64,000 nucleotides of DNA from Chloroflexota bacterium (lineage in GTDB: Bacteria; Chloroflexota; Dehalococcoidia; DSTF01; RBG-16-68-14), in assembly GCA_003228685.1 (NCBI GenBank), contig QIFC01000096.1, positions 49,309 to 113,308 of the forward strand. The letters are read 5' to 3'. Under the pieces are notes generated by a model. That model made no database searches. It was not told the origin of the DNA and saw nothing but the letters and a program-made list of their open reading frames with translations. Numbering within the stretch: the stretch's first letter is position 1; every line of letters starts with the position of its first letter. The position numbers and the translations under genes are program-made. Shown one piece after another: positions 7,644 through 17,455 of the stretch.

Positions 7644-9314
7644 CTACCGGCGCTCGACAGCCGCGGACAGCGTGTCCTTGCGCTGAAGCAGGTTGAACCA
7701 GAGGCCATCGATCTCGACCGGCCGTACTGCGTACTGCTGCCAGAGGCGCGGGTCGGTAAGGAGGGCGTTTCGCGCCTCTACGGGAGATGGCACGAGGGCC
7801 AACGCCCGGAACGCCTGCGTGGTGAGCGGGCCCGGCTGCGCGTCGTTCGTGACGATGATCTCCGGCCGAACGTCGTCCAGCACGTAGTCAACGTTGTACT
7901 TCTCATGCCCGGCAATGCCCGTTCCGAAATTGGGCACGTCTGAGTGCGCGATGACCACGTCGTTAAGGCCGAGCAGGTCGAGCACGTCGCGGTCGCTGTA
8001 GAAGCCGATCGCGCCGACGGCGAACGCGGCGATCGTGTAATCGGGAGGCGTGTTCTCGGAGAGCCAGGTTGCCAGCAGCTCTCGCTCCTGAAGCGCCCGC
8101 CGCTCCTGCGCGATCGGCGCGGCGAGGTCGAGTGAGCCGCGAAAGAGCGACATCGCGCCGAGTGTGAGCACCGCCGCCGCAAGCGCCGCCGATTGTAGCG
8201 AAGGGAGCGAGAGGCGCCGCAGCAGCGTCGCGAGGCCGGCGAATCCGGCGACGTAGATCAGCGGCAGAATGGGCACGATCAGGCGGCCGTGCGGGAAGTC
8301 CTCGCCGCCCTCGATGACGACTGCCGCGAGCATCGCGCCGGCGAGCAGGAGGAGGTACGCGGCATCGCCGCGAAGCCGAGGGTTCGCGAGCAGCACGGCC
8401 ATGCCGCCAAGCAGCGGAATGAGCTGGTAGCGCAGACCGTACGTCCAGAGATAGTCGAGGCCTCGTTCATAGAGGGCGGAAGTTGATTCCACCTTAGCGT
8501 AGAACGTATTAGGCAGAAGATAGTCGTAGTAGGTGTAGCGCCAGACAAAGTAGGAGCCGTAGAGCGCGATGAAGACGGCCGACCAGAAGGCCAACCTGCG
8601 CAACGCCTGCCGCCGGTCGGTGGCGAAGCCGGCCTGCACGGCCAAGAATCCGGCGGTAACCGCCACGGCAACCAGGCCCTCCGGACGCGTCATCGCTGTC
8701 GCCGCGAACGCGACGGCCGACCAGGGCGGGCCTCCCCAGGGCCGCCTCACGGTGCGCTGCTCTTGCAGGAAGAGAACGGCGCTCAGCGTCAACAGCGCCA
8801 TGAAGGCCGTCGTCTCCATGCCGGAGAAGCCCCAGAATGCCACGCCGTCCGTGAGTACCAGAGCCATCATAGCTGCCGCGATCACCATGGGATTGGCGAT
8901 GGCGGCCTTGCGATCGTCGTTGCTCCAGCGTTGCCAGAGCCGGGCCATGAAGAGCATTGTGGCGACCACGGCGGCCAGACCAAGGGCGCGGGACGCCTCG
9001 ACGATGTCGATTCCAATCTTGTCGAGTCCGGCGTGCAAACCCATCCAGAGGAACGTGGTATAGCCTTCAACGCGGCCTTCGCTGTTCCAGTTCGGCCCCG
9101 CGCCGTCCGCGAGGTGCTGTGAGTAGCGCAGTGTGATCAGCGCGTCGTCAGCGTAGAAGTCGAAGTACCAGGGGCCGTGGACAAGCAGCAGGATCGTCGC
9201 TCCGGCCAGCGCCACCGCGACCGCGAGCCCGCGCTGGCGCCGGGCAGCAATCACGCCGGCAGCCGTGGCAGCGGTGATGAGCGCGCCGCTGAGGACGTAG
9301 ATAGGGAAGGACAT
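7644..9314 (-). CDS. GT-C superfamily membrane glycosyltransferase (ArnT/PMT/arabinosyltransferase-like)
   Basis: 556 aa polytopic membrane protein. Acidic motif FYADDALITLRY lies in the first extracytoplasmic loop, followed by GYTTFLW, as in GT-C lipid-linked sugar transferases. C-terminal soluble domain. Confidence 0.55.
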   Translation of the reverse strand: MSFPIYVLSGALITAATAAGVIAARRQRGLAVAVALAGATILLLVHGPWYFDFYADDALITLRYSQHLADGAGPNWNSEGRVEGYTTFLWMGLHAGLDKIGIDIVEASRALGLAAVVATMLFMARLWQRWSNDDRKAAIANPMVIAAAMMALVLTDGVAFWGFSGMETTAFMALLTLSAVLFLQEQRTVRRPWGGPPWSAVAFAATAMTRPEGLVAVAVTAGFLAVQAGFATDRRQALRRLAFWSAVFIALYGSYFVWRYTYYDYLLPNTFYAKVESTSALYERGLDYLWTYGLRYQLIPLLGGMAVLLANPRLRGDAAYLLLLAGAMLAAVVIEGGEDFPHGRLIVPILPLIYVAGFAGLATLLRRLSLPSLQSAALAAAVLTLGAMSLFRGSLDLAAPIAQERRALQERELLATWLSENTPPDYTIAAFAVGAIGFYSDRDVLDLLGLNDVVIAHSDVPNFGTGIAGHEKYNVDYVLDDVRPEIIVTNDAQPGPLTTQAFRALALVPSPVEARNALLTDPRLWQQYAVRPVEIDGLWFNLLQRKDTLSAAVERR

Positions 9315-9324
9315 CGCCGGCGGG

Positions 9325-11745
9325 CTAGTGTAGTTCGCCGCTGACGCGCTCGAAGAGGCGTGCGACGGTCTGCGAGAGCGCGGCGTGCTCCGGCTTCGAG
9401 ATGTCCGGGTCGTCGGTCAGGATGGCCTCTGCCTCGCCGCGGGCGAGTTCAATCAGGCGCGTATCGAGGAGGCTGGCGACTCGCAGGTCGGGAAGGCCCG
9501 ACTGCATGGTGCCGAAGAACTCGCCTGGGCCGCGCATCTCCAAGTCGGCCTGCGCTAGCTGGAATCCGTCGTTGGTCTGCTCCAAGAGGCGCAGGCGCTC
9601 TTGCGCGTCGAACGACGGGTCCTCCGCCAGCAGCAGGCAGTACGACTGGTCGGCGCCTCGGCCCACGCGGCCTCGGAATTGATGCAGTTGAGAGAGGCCG
9701 AACCGGTCCGCCCCCTCGATCATCATCACCGTGGCGTTCGGCACGTCGATGCCCACTTCTACCACGGACGTCGATACGAGGATCTGCGCTTCGCCGCTGT
9801 GAAAGCGTTGCATGGCAGTGGCCTTGTCGCGGCCGGCCATCCTTCCGTGGAGGAGTTCGAGTTGGAGGTCCGGATAGACGTCCGACTTGAGCCGCTCATA
9901 CTCCTCAATCGCGGCTTTGGCCTGCAGCGCCTTGGATGCTTCCACCAGCGGGCAGATGACGAACGCCTGTCTCCCCGCCTCCACTTGGCCTCGCAAGAAG
10001 GCGTACGCGCCATCACGTTCCTCGGGTGGCCACCAGCGCGTGCTGATGGGCTTGCGCCCCGGCGGCAGTTCGTCGATCACGGAGACGTCCAGGTCACCGT
10101 AGAGCGTGAGATAGAGCGAGCGCGGGATGGGCGTCGCGGTCATCACCAGCATGTGTACCGACCGCTCCGACTTGTCGCGGAGGGCGGCCCGCTGCATGAC
10201 GCCGAAGCGGTGCTGCTCGTCGACGATGGCGAACCCTAGCCTCGCGAATCCGACGCCATCCTGGATCAGTGCGTGCGTCCCGACGACGATGTCGACCTCT
10301 CCCGCCTCGACCTGCTCCTGGACGTGGGCCTTCTCCTTCGCTTTCATGCTGCCCTTGAGGAGCGCGATGCGGAGCGGCCGACTGAGGTAGGGGGGCGTGG
10401 CTTCGACAATCGTGCTGTCGCCTTGGGTGTCGAAGATCTCCTTGAGCGTCTTGAAGTGCTGGTCGGCGAGCACCTCGGTCGGCGCCATCATGACGGCCTG
10501 GTGCCCGCAGGCCACCGCGGCAACGAGGCCGCAGGCGGCGACGACTGTCTTGCCGCTGCCGACATCTCCCTGCAGCAAGCGGCTCATCGGGAGGTCGCGG
10601 TCAAGGTCTGCCAGGAGCTGGGCCAGCGCCTTCTGTTGCGCACCGGTGAGCGTAAACGGCAGCGATTCCAGGAAGTCTGACTGCAGCGAGTCATCGAGAT
10701 GGATCGGATCGGCTGTGCCCGACTCCTGCCACAGACGGCGCCGGAGCAACACGGATAGCTGTAGCGGCAGCAGCTCCTCCAGAGCGAGGCGGTGAATAGC
10801 CTTCGCCTGATTGTCCAGCGAATCTGGGTAGTGAGCCTGGCTCACTGCCTCCCGCAAGCCCATCAAGTCGAGGCGCTTCAACAGCGACTCAGGCAGCGTC
10901 TCCGGCAGCATCTCCAAGTAGCCATCGATGGCGAGCCGGGTGAATCGCCTGACGGTGCGGTTGTGGAGACCGCTCGTGAGCGGGTAGACGGGCAGTACAC
11001 GGCCGGCATGGGTGAGTTCAGCCTTCTCGTCCCAGACCTCCCACTCTGGATTCTGGAACGTCGGGCGACCCTTGTACAGCCCGACCTTGCCCGAGAGGAG
11101 GACCTCACTGTTCACTCGCAGCTGACGGGCGACGGAGGTATTACGAAACCAGACGATCTTCATCATGCCGGTATCGTCGCCCACGGTAACCTCGCTACCC
11201 TTCTTCGCACCGAGGCGGCGTTCGTTCGCGCTCCACACCGTGGCGCGAATCGTCTCGTGCTCGCCCGGCGTGAGTTCGCCAATGGAGCGGAGGTTTGAGT
11301 AATCGATGTGGCGGCGCGGGAACAGAAGCAGCATGTCCCGAATGGTGTGGACGTCAAGCTTCTCGAACAGGGGCTGGGTGTGGCCCTTGAGGCCTTTGAG
11401 CACTGTGACGGGCGAGTCTAGGTTGGGCGGCGCTGCTGGCTGCGCTACGCGCCGCGGTCTAGCTTGTGGTTTTCGAGGCATGCGGGTAGGGCGGCCTTCC
11501 AACGCGAGCAACACATGCTCCAGCCAGGAGTTGCGTTCATGCATTGCGAGCTGCCGGTATCCGCCTTCTCCTAGCCCACCGATCGCTTCCGCCGTGACCG
11601 AACTCGCGTTGCCCGCCAGGTAGTTCTCCAGAAGCCGGTCCAGCCCTCCCGTCACGGCTTCGTCCTTGAAGCCCTGCCGGCGCTCGAACTCCAGGATCTT
11701 GCGTAGCTGGTCGTCCGTCGGGGTGGCTCGTTGTGTTGGGTTCAA
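9325..11745 (-). CDS. recG: ATP-dependent DNA helicase RecG (with N-terminal extension)
   Basis: Walker A LLQGDVGSGKTVVA, DEQH box, helicase C motifs QLHQFRGRVGRG, wedge domain upstream. 4-bp overlap with degV. Confidence 0.95.
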   Translation of the reverse strand: MNPTQRATPTDDQLRKILEFERRQGFKDEAVTGGLDRLLENYLAGNASSVTAEAIGGLGEGGYRQLAMHERNSWLEHVLLALEGRPTRMPRKPQARPRRVAQPAAPPNLDSPVTVLKGLKGHTQPLFEKLDVHTIRDMLLLFPRRHIDYSNLRSIGELTPGEHETIRATVWSANERRLGAKKGSEVTVGDDTGMMKIVWFRNTSVARQLRVNSEVLLSGKVGLYKGRPTFQNPEWEVWDEKAELTHAGRVLPVYPLTSGLHNRTVRRFTRLAIDGYLEMLPETLPESLLKRLDLMGLREAVSQAHYPDSLDNQAKAIHRLALEELLPLQLSVLLRRRLWQESGTADPIHLDDSLQSDFLESLPFTLTGAQQKALAQLLADLDRDLPMSRLLQGDVGSGKTVVAACGLVAAVACGHQAVMMAPTEVLADQHFKTLKEIFDTQGDSTIVEATPPYLSRPLRIALLKGSMKAKEKAHVQEQVEAGEVDIVVGTHALIQDGVGFARLGFAIVDEQHRFGVMQRAALRDKSERSVHMLVMTATPIPRSLYLTLYGDLDVSVIDELPPGRKPISTRWWPPEERDGAYAFLRGQVEAGRQAFVICPLVEASKALQAKAAIEEYERLKSDVYPDLQLELLHGRMAGRDKATAMQRFHSGEAQILVSTSVVEVGIDVPNATVMMIEGADRFGLSQLHQFRGRVGRGADQSYCLLLAEDPSFDAQERLRLLEQTNDGFQLAQADLEMRGPGEFFGTMQSGLPDLRVASLLDTRLIELARGEAEAILTDDPDISKPEHAALSQTVARLFERVSGELH

Positions 11746-12659
11746 GGTGAGTCCTCGCCCGCGCGCTGCTCCGCGAGGACGACCGCAAGACCGATGAGGC
11801 CGGGCCCGACGTGCACGCCAATCGCTGGGCCGATACGCCCCTCATGGATTGGAATGTCGGGATGACGCCGCCTGATAACGTCCGTCAGATATGTAGCGTC
11901 TTTGGGGTCCGTCGTGAACATGACCATCGCTTCCGAGATGCCACCCTCTTCGAGGCAGACGCGCAGGATTTCATCGAGCGCCTTCTTGCGCGTACGGACG
12001 CGGCTCAATGGGAAGGTTTCGCCATCACGGATGGTGAGGATCGGCTTTAGTCTCAGGAGACTCCCTATGAATGCGGTCGCCCGGCCGATGCGTCCCCCGC
12101 GGCGGAGGTATTCCAACGTGTCGACCGCGAGGGCGAGGCGTTGCCGCCTGATGGCGGATTGCGCGACTCGCGTGCAGGTGTCTAAGTCGGCGCCGTCTTG
12201 CGCTGCGCGGGCCGCCGCAATGACGGCGAAGCCCATAGCCATCGAGACGGTCCCGGAGTCGATCACCTCGATTTGGCAGCGCTCTCCCAACGTCTCGGCG
12301 GCCTGCTGCGCCGCGCCTACGGTCCCGGAGAACGCTGCAGATAAATGAATCGAGAGCACGTGGTCCGTGGTCTCGGCGAGCGCTTCATACGTCTGCTGAA
12401 ACTCACCGACCGACGGTTGCGACGTCGTTGGAAGCTCCTTTTCCTGTGGCAGGCGTTTGAAGAATTCTTCCGCCGTCAGGTCGACGCCGTCTCGGAAGCT
12501 CTGGGAGCCAAAGATCACCTGCAACGGGATCACCGTGATGCCGAGTTCGGCGACGATCTCCGCTGGCAGATCGGCCGTGCTGTCGGTGACGACGCGGACC
12601 GGTCTGGGCGCTTGCCGCTGGCCCGGGATGAGGCGGCGGATGCGTTGGAAGACCGTCAT
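11742..12659 (-). CDS. DegV family fatty-acid-binding protein
   Basis: VRVVTDSTADLPAEIVAELGITVIPLQVIFG is the DegV/EDD-domain N-terminus. Typical position between yloV and recG. Confidence 0.9.
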   Translation of the reverse strand: MTVFQRIRRLIPGQRQAPRPVRVVTDSTADLPAEIVAELGITVIPLQVIFGSQSFRDGVDLTAEEFFKRLPQEKELPTTSQPSVGEFQQTYEALAETTDHVLSIHLSAAFSGTVGAAQQAAETLGERCQIEVIDSGTVSMAMGFAVIAAARAAQDGADLDTCTRVAQSAIRRQRLALAVDTLEYLRRGGRIGRATAFIGSLLRLKPILTIRDGETFPLSRVRTRKKALDEILRVCLEEGGISEAMVMFTTDPKDATYLTDVIRRRHPDIPIHEGRIGPAIGVHVGPGLIGLAVVLAEQRAGEDSP

Positions 12660-14323
12660 TCCAGCGACAGTAGGTACGCGTAGTGGGGTTGGCCGCCTCG
12701 CACGAGTTCGACTTCAAGATCAGGCTGCTGTTCTCGCAGGCGGTTCGCAAGCGCGTCGTCATCGCCCGCGCGCACGTCGCTGCCGGAGTAGACCGTCAGC
12801 AACGATGCTGTCTCCGGCCCCATCTTCGCGACGCTCTCCAGAACAGCCTCCTCAATGCTGTGTGCGACCACGCTCAGTGTACCATCGACGATGCCGATCG
12901 CCTGTCCGGCGTTGATGTTCCGGCTGTCCATGGTGGTGGTGCGCACGGCGCGCGTGACCTCCGCGGAGCGGACCTGCGCGATTGCCCGCTCCATAGCGGA
13001 GCCGTTTTCCTCGAAGGACAGGTCGGGGCTGAGAGCGAGCACCGCGGCGACGCCCTGGGGAATGGATCGAGACGGGATGACGACGGCGCTCTTATTAGAC
13101 TGAGCGGCGGCCTGCTCCGCAGCGCCGATGATGTTGCCGTTGTTCGGGAGAACGACGACCTGGTCCTGCGGACAGGATTCAATTGCCGCGAGGATTTCGC
13201 CCGCGCTGGGGTTCAGCGTCTGGCCGCCTTCCACTAGCTGCGTCACGCCTAGGCCGCGGAAGGCCGCCTCGATCCCGGCGCCCGAGGCCACGGCGACGAC
13301 GCCAACGTTCGTGACGTTGGACGGCGCTGGCTCGCCCGCGAACGTCTGCACCTGAGCCTCCATGTTGTCGACCTTAACCTGGGAGACCTCGCCCAGCGTG
13401 CGCCCGTAGTCGAGCGCGTCGTCCGGCGTCGCTGTGTGGACGTGCACTCGAAGGAGCGTTTCGTCGCCTACAACCAGGAGCGAGCCTCCCAGCTCTGCCA
13501 TCTTGGCGCGAGCCGCGTCTGAATCGATGTCACGGCCGCTCACGATGAACTCGGTGCAGTAGCCAGGGGTCCCATGCTCAGCCTGGTGCAACGTCGCGGC
13601 TTGGCTCTGCCATCCGGCCGCGTCTGGCACGTCTGGTGCGAGATCGACCTCCAAAGTCTCGCCCTGGAGCGAGCGTGAAAGTCCATCCAGGACGATCGCT
13701 AGACCGAGACCACCCGCATCGACAACGCCGGCCTCTTTCAGCACGGGCAGCAGTTCCGGCGTCTGCTGGACAGCCTCATGGGCCGCGTCCACCGCGATCG
13801 ACAGGATTCGGCCTGGGTCGTTGGTAGTCGCGTTCGCTGTCGCTTCGGCCGCAGCACGCACGACAGTCAGGATCGTGCCCTCCCTAGGTTCCGCGAGCGC
13901 TGCATAGGCGGCGTCTGACGCCTCCGTCAGCGCCGATGCGATGTCGCTGCCGCCAGCCTCCGTCTTGCCTTCAAGTCCACGTGCGAGCCCAAGCAAGACC
14001 TGCGAGAGGATCACTCCCGAATTGCCGCGCGCTCCCATGAGCGCGCCTCGCGCGAGTGTCGCCGTGACGCCCGATACGTCGTCTGCATCAGACTGCTCAA
14101 GAGCATCGACTGCGGCTCGAAGTGTAAGGTGCATGTTCGTGCCGGTGTCGCCGTCGGGAACGGGAAAGACGTTGATGGCGTTCAGCGCCCCAACGTGTCG
14201 CTCCAGAAGCCCGTGCGCATCGCGGAACATCTGGCGCAGGCCGGACCCGGTCAGCAAGGAATCGGCGTCAAGCTGCCCGGACGCGGTCCTCTGTTGGTTG
14301 GGCCCGTTAGCTGACGCGACCAT
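12656..14323 (-). CDS. DAK2 domain fusion protein YloV
   Basis: N-terminal DAK2 motif NVFPVPDGDTGTNMHLTL. 555 aa. Conserved partner of DegV/RecG. Confidence 0.9.
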   Translation of the reverse strand: MVASANGPNQQRTASGQLDADSLLTGSGLRQMFRDAHGLLERHVGALNAINVFPVPDGDTGTNMHLTLRAAVDALEQSDADDVSGVTATLARGALMGARGNSGVILSQVLLGLARGLEGKTEAGGSDIASALTEASDAAYAALAEPREGTILTVVRAAAEATANATTNDPGRILSIAVDAAHEAVQQTPELLPVLKEAGVVDAGGLGLAIVLDGLSRSLQGETLEVDLAPDVPDAAGWQSQAATLHQAEHGTPGYCTEFIVSGRDIDSDAARAKMAELGGSLLVVGDETLLRVHVHTATPDDALDYGRTLGEVSQVKVDNMEAQVQTFAGEPAPSNVTNVGVVAVASGAGIEAAFRGLGVTQLVEGGQTLNPSAGEILAAIESCPQDQVVVLPNNGNIIGAAEQAAAQSNKSAVVIPSRSIPQGVAAVLALSPDLSFEENGSAMERAIAQVRSAEVTRAVRTTTMDSRNINAGQAIGIVDGTLSVVAHSIEEAVLESVAKMGPETASLLTVYSGSDVRAGDDDALANRLREQQPDLEVELVRGGQPHYAYLLSLE

Positions 14324-14418
14324 GGTCTCGGTTGTCCGCTACCCTTGGCCTTGGTATCATACGGCATCGTATTCCAGCGCGTCTGATTCTAGCAAGATAG
14401 GGAGTAACACTCACTCAA

Positions 14419-14631
14419 ATGCCAGCAGTATGTGACAAGTGTGGCAAGGGTACCAAGTTCGGCCGGAATATTCGACACAAGAGCACCGGTCGATGGGAAC
14501 GCAAGGCATCTCGCACAAGACGAACGTTCAAGCCCAATCTGCAGCGTCACGGGATCTACAAGGACGGTAAGAAGGTGCGGATGCGCCTGTGCACGCGTTG
14601 CCTTCGCACCGAACTGCGGGCGACCGTCTGA
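14419..14631 (+). CDS. rpmB: 50S ribosomal protein L28 (zinc-ribbon type)
   Basis: MPAVCDKCGKG...CTRCLR, a C4 zinc-ribbon L28. Divergently placed from yloV, as in many Gram-positive-type genomes. SD AGGGAG upstream. Confidence 0.9.
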   Translation: MPAVCDKCGKGTKFGRNIRHKSTGRWERKASRTRRTFKPNLQRHGIYKDGKKVRMRLCTRCLRTELRATV

Positions 14632-14649
14632 CCCACAAATCCCTCTGAC

Positions 14650-15330
14650 CTAAGATTTCGCTTCTGTTGTGGCCAACGCTTCGCGTAGGTCGCGCATGCT
14701 GTCCTCGACTGAGGCGTTGTCGTTGAATACGACCGATCCCGCGACGAGGACGTTCGCTCCAGCCGCGGCGCACTCGGCCGCATTGTGGACCTTCACCCCG
14801 CCGTCGATCTCGATGTCCGTTCGCAGGCCGCGCTGGTTCAATAGCGCCCGCAGGTCCCGTAGCTTGCCGATCGTCTCGGGAATGAGCGCTTGGCCGCCCC
14901 AGCCGGGGTTGACGCCCATCACGAGCACCTGATCGACCTCCGCCAGCGAGGCCTCGATAGCGTCGATGCCCGTCTCAGGATTCAGGCCGGCGCCGGCTCG
15001 GCAGCCTAGCGCTTTGATCTGTGCAATGATCGCGGGAAGATCATCGCAGGCTTCGGCGTGTACGTTGAGGATGCCGGCGCCGGCCTCCGCGAACGACTCT
15101 AGCTGCCGCTCCGGATGTTCGATCATGAGATGCACGTCCAGGGGCAAGTCTGTCACCTTGTTGATTGCCTCGATCACGATTGCGCCGAACGAGATCGGCG
15201 GCACGAAGTGGCCGTCCATCACGTCCAGGTGCAGGTAGTCGGCGCCGGCAGCCTCAACCGCGCGGACCTCATCGGCGATGCGGCCCAGGTCCGCGGTGAG
15301 AAACGAAGGCGCGATCTTGATGGCAGGCAT
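14650..15330 (-). CDS. rpe: Ribulose-phosphate 3-epimerase
   Basis: MPAIKIAPSFLTADLGRIADEVRAVEAAGADYLHLDVMDGHFVP. Start chosen at the internal ATG (15330), which sits 2 nt after the argH stop. The ORF extends to 15357. Confidence 0.9.
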   Translation of the reverse strand: MPAIKIAPSFLTADLGRIADEVRAVEAAGADYLHLDVMDGHFVPPISFGAIVIEAINKVTDLPLDVHLMIEHPERQLESFAEAGAGILNVHAEACDDLPAIIAQIKALGCRAGAGLNPETGIDAIEASLAEVDQVLVMGVNPGWGGQALIPETIGKLRDLRALLNQRGLRTDIEIDGGVKVHNAAECAAAGANVLVAGSVVFNDNASVEDSMRDLREALATTEAKS

Positions 15331-15332
15331 CG

Positions 15333-16724
15333 TTACGCGTCGAGCTTGCGCCGCCACTTGCGGAGCTGCGCGGCGACGCGGCGCGGCGCGGTGCCGCCCG
15401 GCGCCGAACGCGCCCGTAGCGCGTCGTCGACATTGAGGCCGGGCGCGTCGTCAGGAAAGAGCTTCGAAAAGCGGCGGAACTCCTGCACCGTCAGCTCCGA
15501 GAACGGCTTGCCTTGCTCCTCGGCGTACTGGACGAGCTTGCCGACCACTTCGTGCGCTTTGCGGAACGGCAGCCCCTCGCGGACGAGCAGGTCGGCGTAG
15601 TCGGTCGCCAGCGCGTAGTTCGCCGTGCTCGCAGCGCGACCGCTCTCTTCGTCGAACGTTAGCTCAGTCACCATCGCGGCGAAGATCGTCAGCGTTTCCA
15701 GCAGCGTGTCCTCCGTTGCGAAGAAGGCGCGCTTGTCCTCCTGCAGGTCGCGATTGTAGGCGAGCGGCAGCCCCTTCAGCGTCGTGAGCAGCGATTGTAG
15801 GGAGCCGTAGACCTGCCCCGTGCGGCCACGCGCCAACTCAGCGACATCAGGGTTGCGCTTCTGGGGCATGATGCTGGACCCGGTCGAGAAAGCGTCTGGG
15901 AGTTTGAGGAAGCCGAACTCGGCGCTGGACCAGAGCACGATCTCCTCGGCTAGGCGCGAGATGTGTGTCATGCACAGCGATGCCGCCGCGATGAAGCTGA
16001 CCGCGAAGTCGCGATCGGAGACCGCGTCCAGGCTGTTCTCGCAGAGGCGGCTGAAGCCCAGCTCGCGTGCCACGCCTGCACGATCGATAGGGTAGGGGAC
16101 TCCCGCCAGCGCGCCGCTGCCCAGAGGCAGCGCGTCCGCTTCGTCTCCGGCGCTGGCGAAGCGCTGCAGGTCGCGATCGAGCATCTCGACGTAGGCGAGC
16201 AGGTGGTGTGCCAGCAGCACCGGCTGCGCCCGCTGCAGGTGTGTGTAGCCGGGCATCACCACGCGGCGGTTCGCCTCCGCCAGGTCGAGGAGTGCGCGTT
16301 GGAGCGTAGTGGCGGCTGCCATCGCGCGGTCGCAAGCGGCCATCGCGTAGAGGCGTAGGTCCGTCGCGACCTGGTCGTTGCGGGAGCGTGCGGTGTGCAG
16401 CTTGCCGCCCACGGCGCCCAGTTTCCGCGAGAGCCGCGCTTCGATGTTGGTGTGGATGTCTTCCAAGTCGTCGCGCCAGGGGAACTTGCCTTGCTCGATT
16501 TCGCGCCCGACCGCGCGCAGGCCGCGCACGAGCGCGTTCGCCTCGCCACGCGGAATGATGCGCTGGCGTCCGAGCATGCGGGCGTGGGCGATCGAGGCCG
16601 CGATCTCTTCGCGCCACATCCTGCGATCTACCGGCAGCGAGAGCGTGTATGCGTCGACCAGCGCGTGTGTCTGTTGGCGGAAGCGTCCACCCCATGTCTT
16701 GCCGCCGCCCTTTGTCGTTGCCAT
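15333..16724 (-). CDS. argH: Argininosuccinate lyase
   Basis: TWGGRFRQQTHALVDAYTLSLPVD... plus the fumarase/aspartase family signature GSSIMPQKRNPDVAEL. Confidence 0.95.
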   Translation of the reverse strand: MATTKGGGKTWGGRFRQQTHALVDAYTLSLPVDRRMWREEIAASIAHARMLGRQRIIPRGEANALVRGLRAVGREIEQGKFPWRDDLEDIHTNIEARLSRKLGAVGGKLHTARSRNDQVATDLRLYAMAACDRAMAAATTLQRALLDLAEANRRVVMPGYTHLQRAQPVLLAHHLLAYVEMLDRDLQRFASAGDEADALPLGSGALAGVPYPIDRAGVARELGFSRLCENSLDAVSDRDFAVSFIAAASLCMTHISRLAEEIVLWSSAEFGFLKLPDAFSTGSSIMPQKRNPDVAELARGRTGQVYGSLQSLLTTLKGLPLAYNRDLQEDKRAFFATEDTLLETLTIFAAMVTELTFDEESGRAASTANYALATDYADLLVREGLPFRKAHEVVGKLVQYAEEQGKPFSELTVQEFRRFSKLFPDDAPGLNVDDALRARSAPGGTAPRRVAAQLRKWRRKLDA

Positions 16725-16726
16725 CG

Positions 16727-17452
16727 TCAGGCCGCCTTTTCCGCGTAGCCGACGTACGACATGCTTGTGTCGTCGCCGAGTTGGAAGCCGCCGAGCTTGC
16801 GCGTGCGCGCGAACGAGATGCCGGCGGCAATCGGGTTCCGCTTGAGCGCCAGCCCGCGCGTCTCGCAGTTCTGGAGGCCATGGCGAGCCATGACCGTCTG
16901 CAGGTCATCCGGCTTGATGAAGCGGGCGTATTCATGCGTATCGGGAGGGGCGATGTGAAAGACGTTCTGCGGCAGCCACACGAGCAACAGGCGAGACTTC
17001 CAGGTGCGGTTGACCGTGTCGTAGACGAAACGGCCGCCGGGGCGGAGCACGCGCGCGGCCTCGCTCACAACGAGGTCGACGTCGTCCACATGCTCCAGCG
17101 TGTCGGCCGAGAGCACCGCGTCGAAGCTGCAGTTGGCGAACGGCAGGCGCTCGCCGACAGAGGGCGCGTAGTCGATCTTCAGCCCGGACTCACGAGCGTG
17201 CCGCGTAGCAATAACGATCGATGCCGCGGAGCGGTCGACCGCTGTCACAGAGGCACCCCGTTTCGCGTACTCCTCGGCCATTAGCCCTCCGCCGCAGCCG
17301 ATCTCCAGGAGCCGCTGGCCTGTCAAGTCGCCGAGAACGCCGCAGAAGTACTCCACGCGCACCGGGTTGATCTCATGCAGCGGCCCCACAACGCCTTCCG
17401 GGTCCCACCAGGCGTCTCCTAGGTCGTGGTACCACTCATTGTCGACCGGCAT
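16727..17452 (-). CDS. Class I SAM-dependent methyltransferase (UbiG-like)
   Basis: SAM motif LLEIGCGGGLMAEEYAKRGASVTAVD, followed by LRPGGRFVYDT. Confidence 0.8.
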   Translation of the reverse strand: MPVDNEWYHDLGDAWWDPEGVVGPLHEINPVRVEYFCGVLGDLTGQRLLEIGCGGGLMAEEYAKRGASVTAVDRSAASIVIATRHARESGLKIDYAPSVGERLPFANCSFDAVLSADTLEHVDDVDLVVSEAARVLRPGGRFVYDTVNRTWKSRLLLVWLPQNVFHIAPPDTHEYARFIKPDDLQTVMARHGLQNCETRGLALKRNPIAAGISFARTRKLGGFQLGDDTSMSYVGYAEKAA

Positions 17453-17455
17453 CGC

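Noticed and set aside
7277-7708. 143-aa minus-strand ORF in the long intergenic region
   Set aside because: Ala/Arg/Leu low-complexity. Overlaps the 3' end of the GT-C gene. No SD.
15847-16935. 362-aa minus-strand ORF, Arg/Ala-rich, lying inside argH in another frame
   Set aside because: Low-complexity composition typical of out-of-frame high-GC DNA. Fully overlapped by the strongly supported argH.
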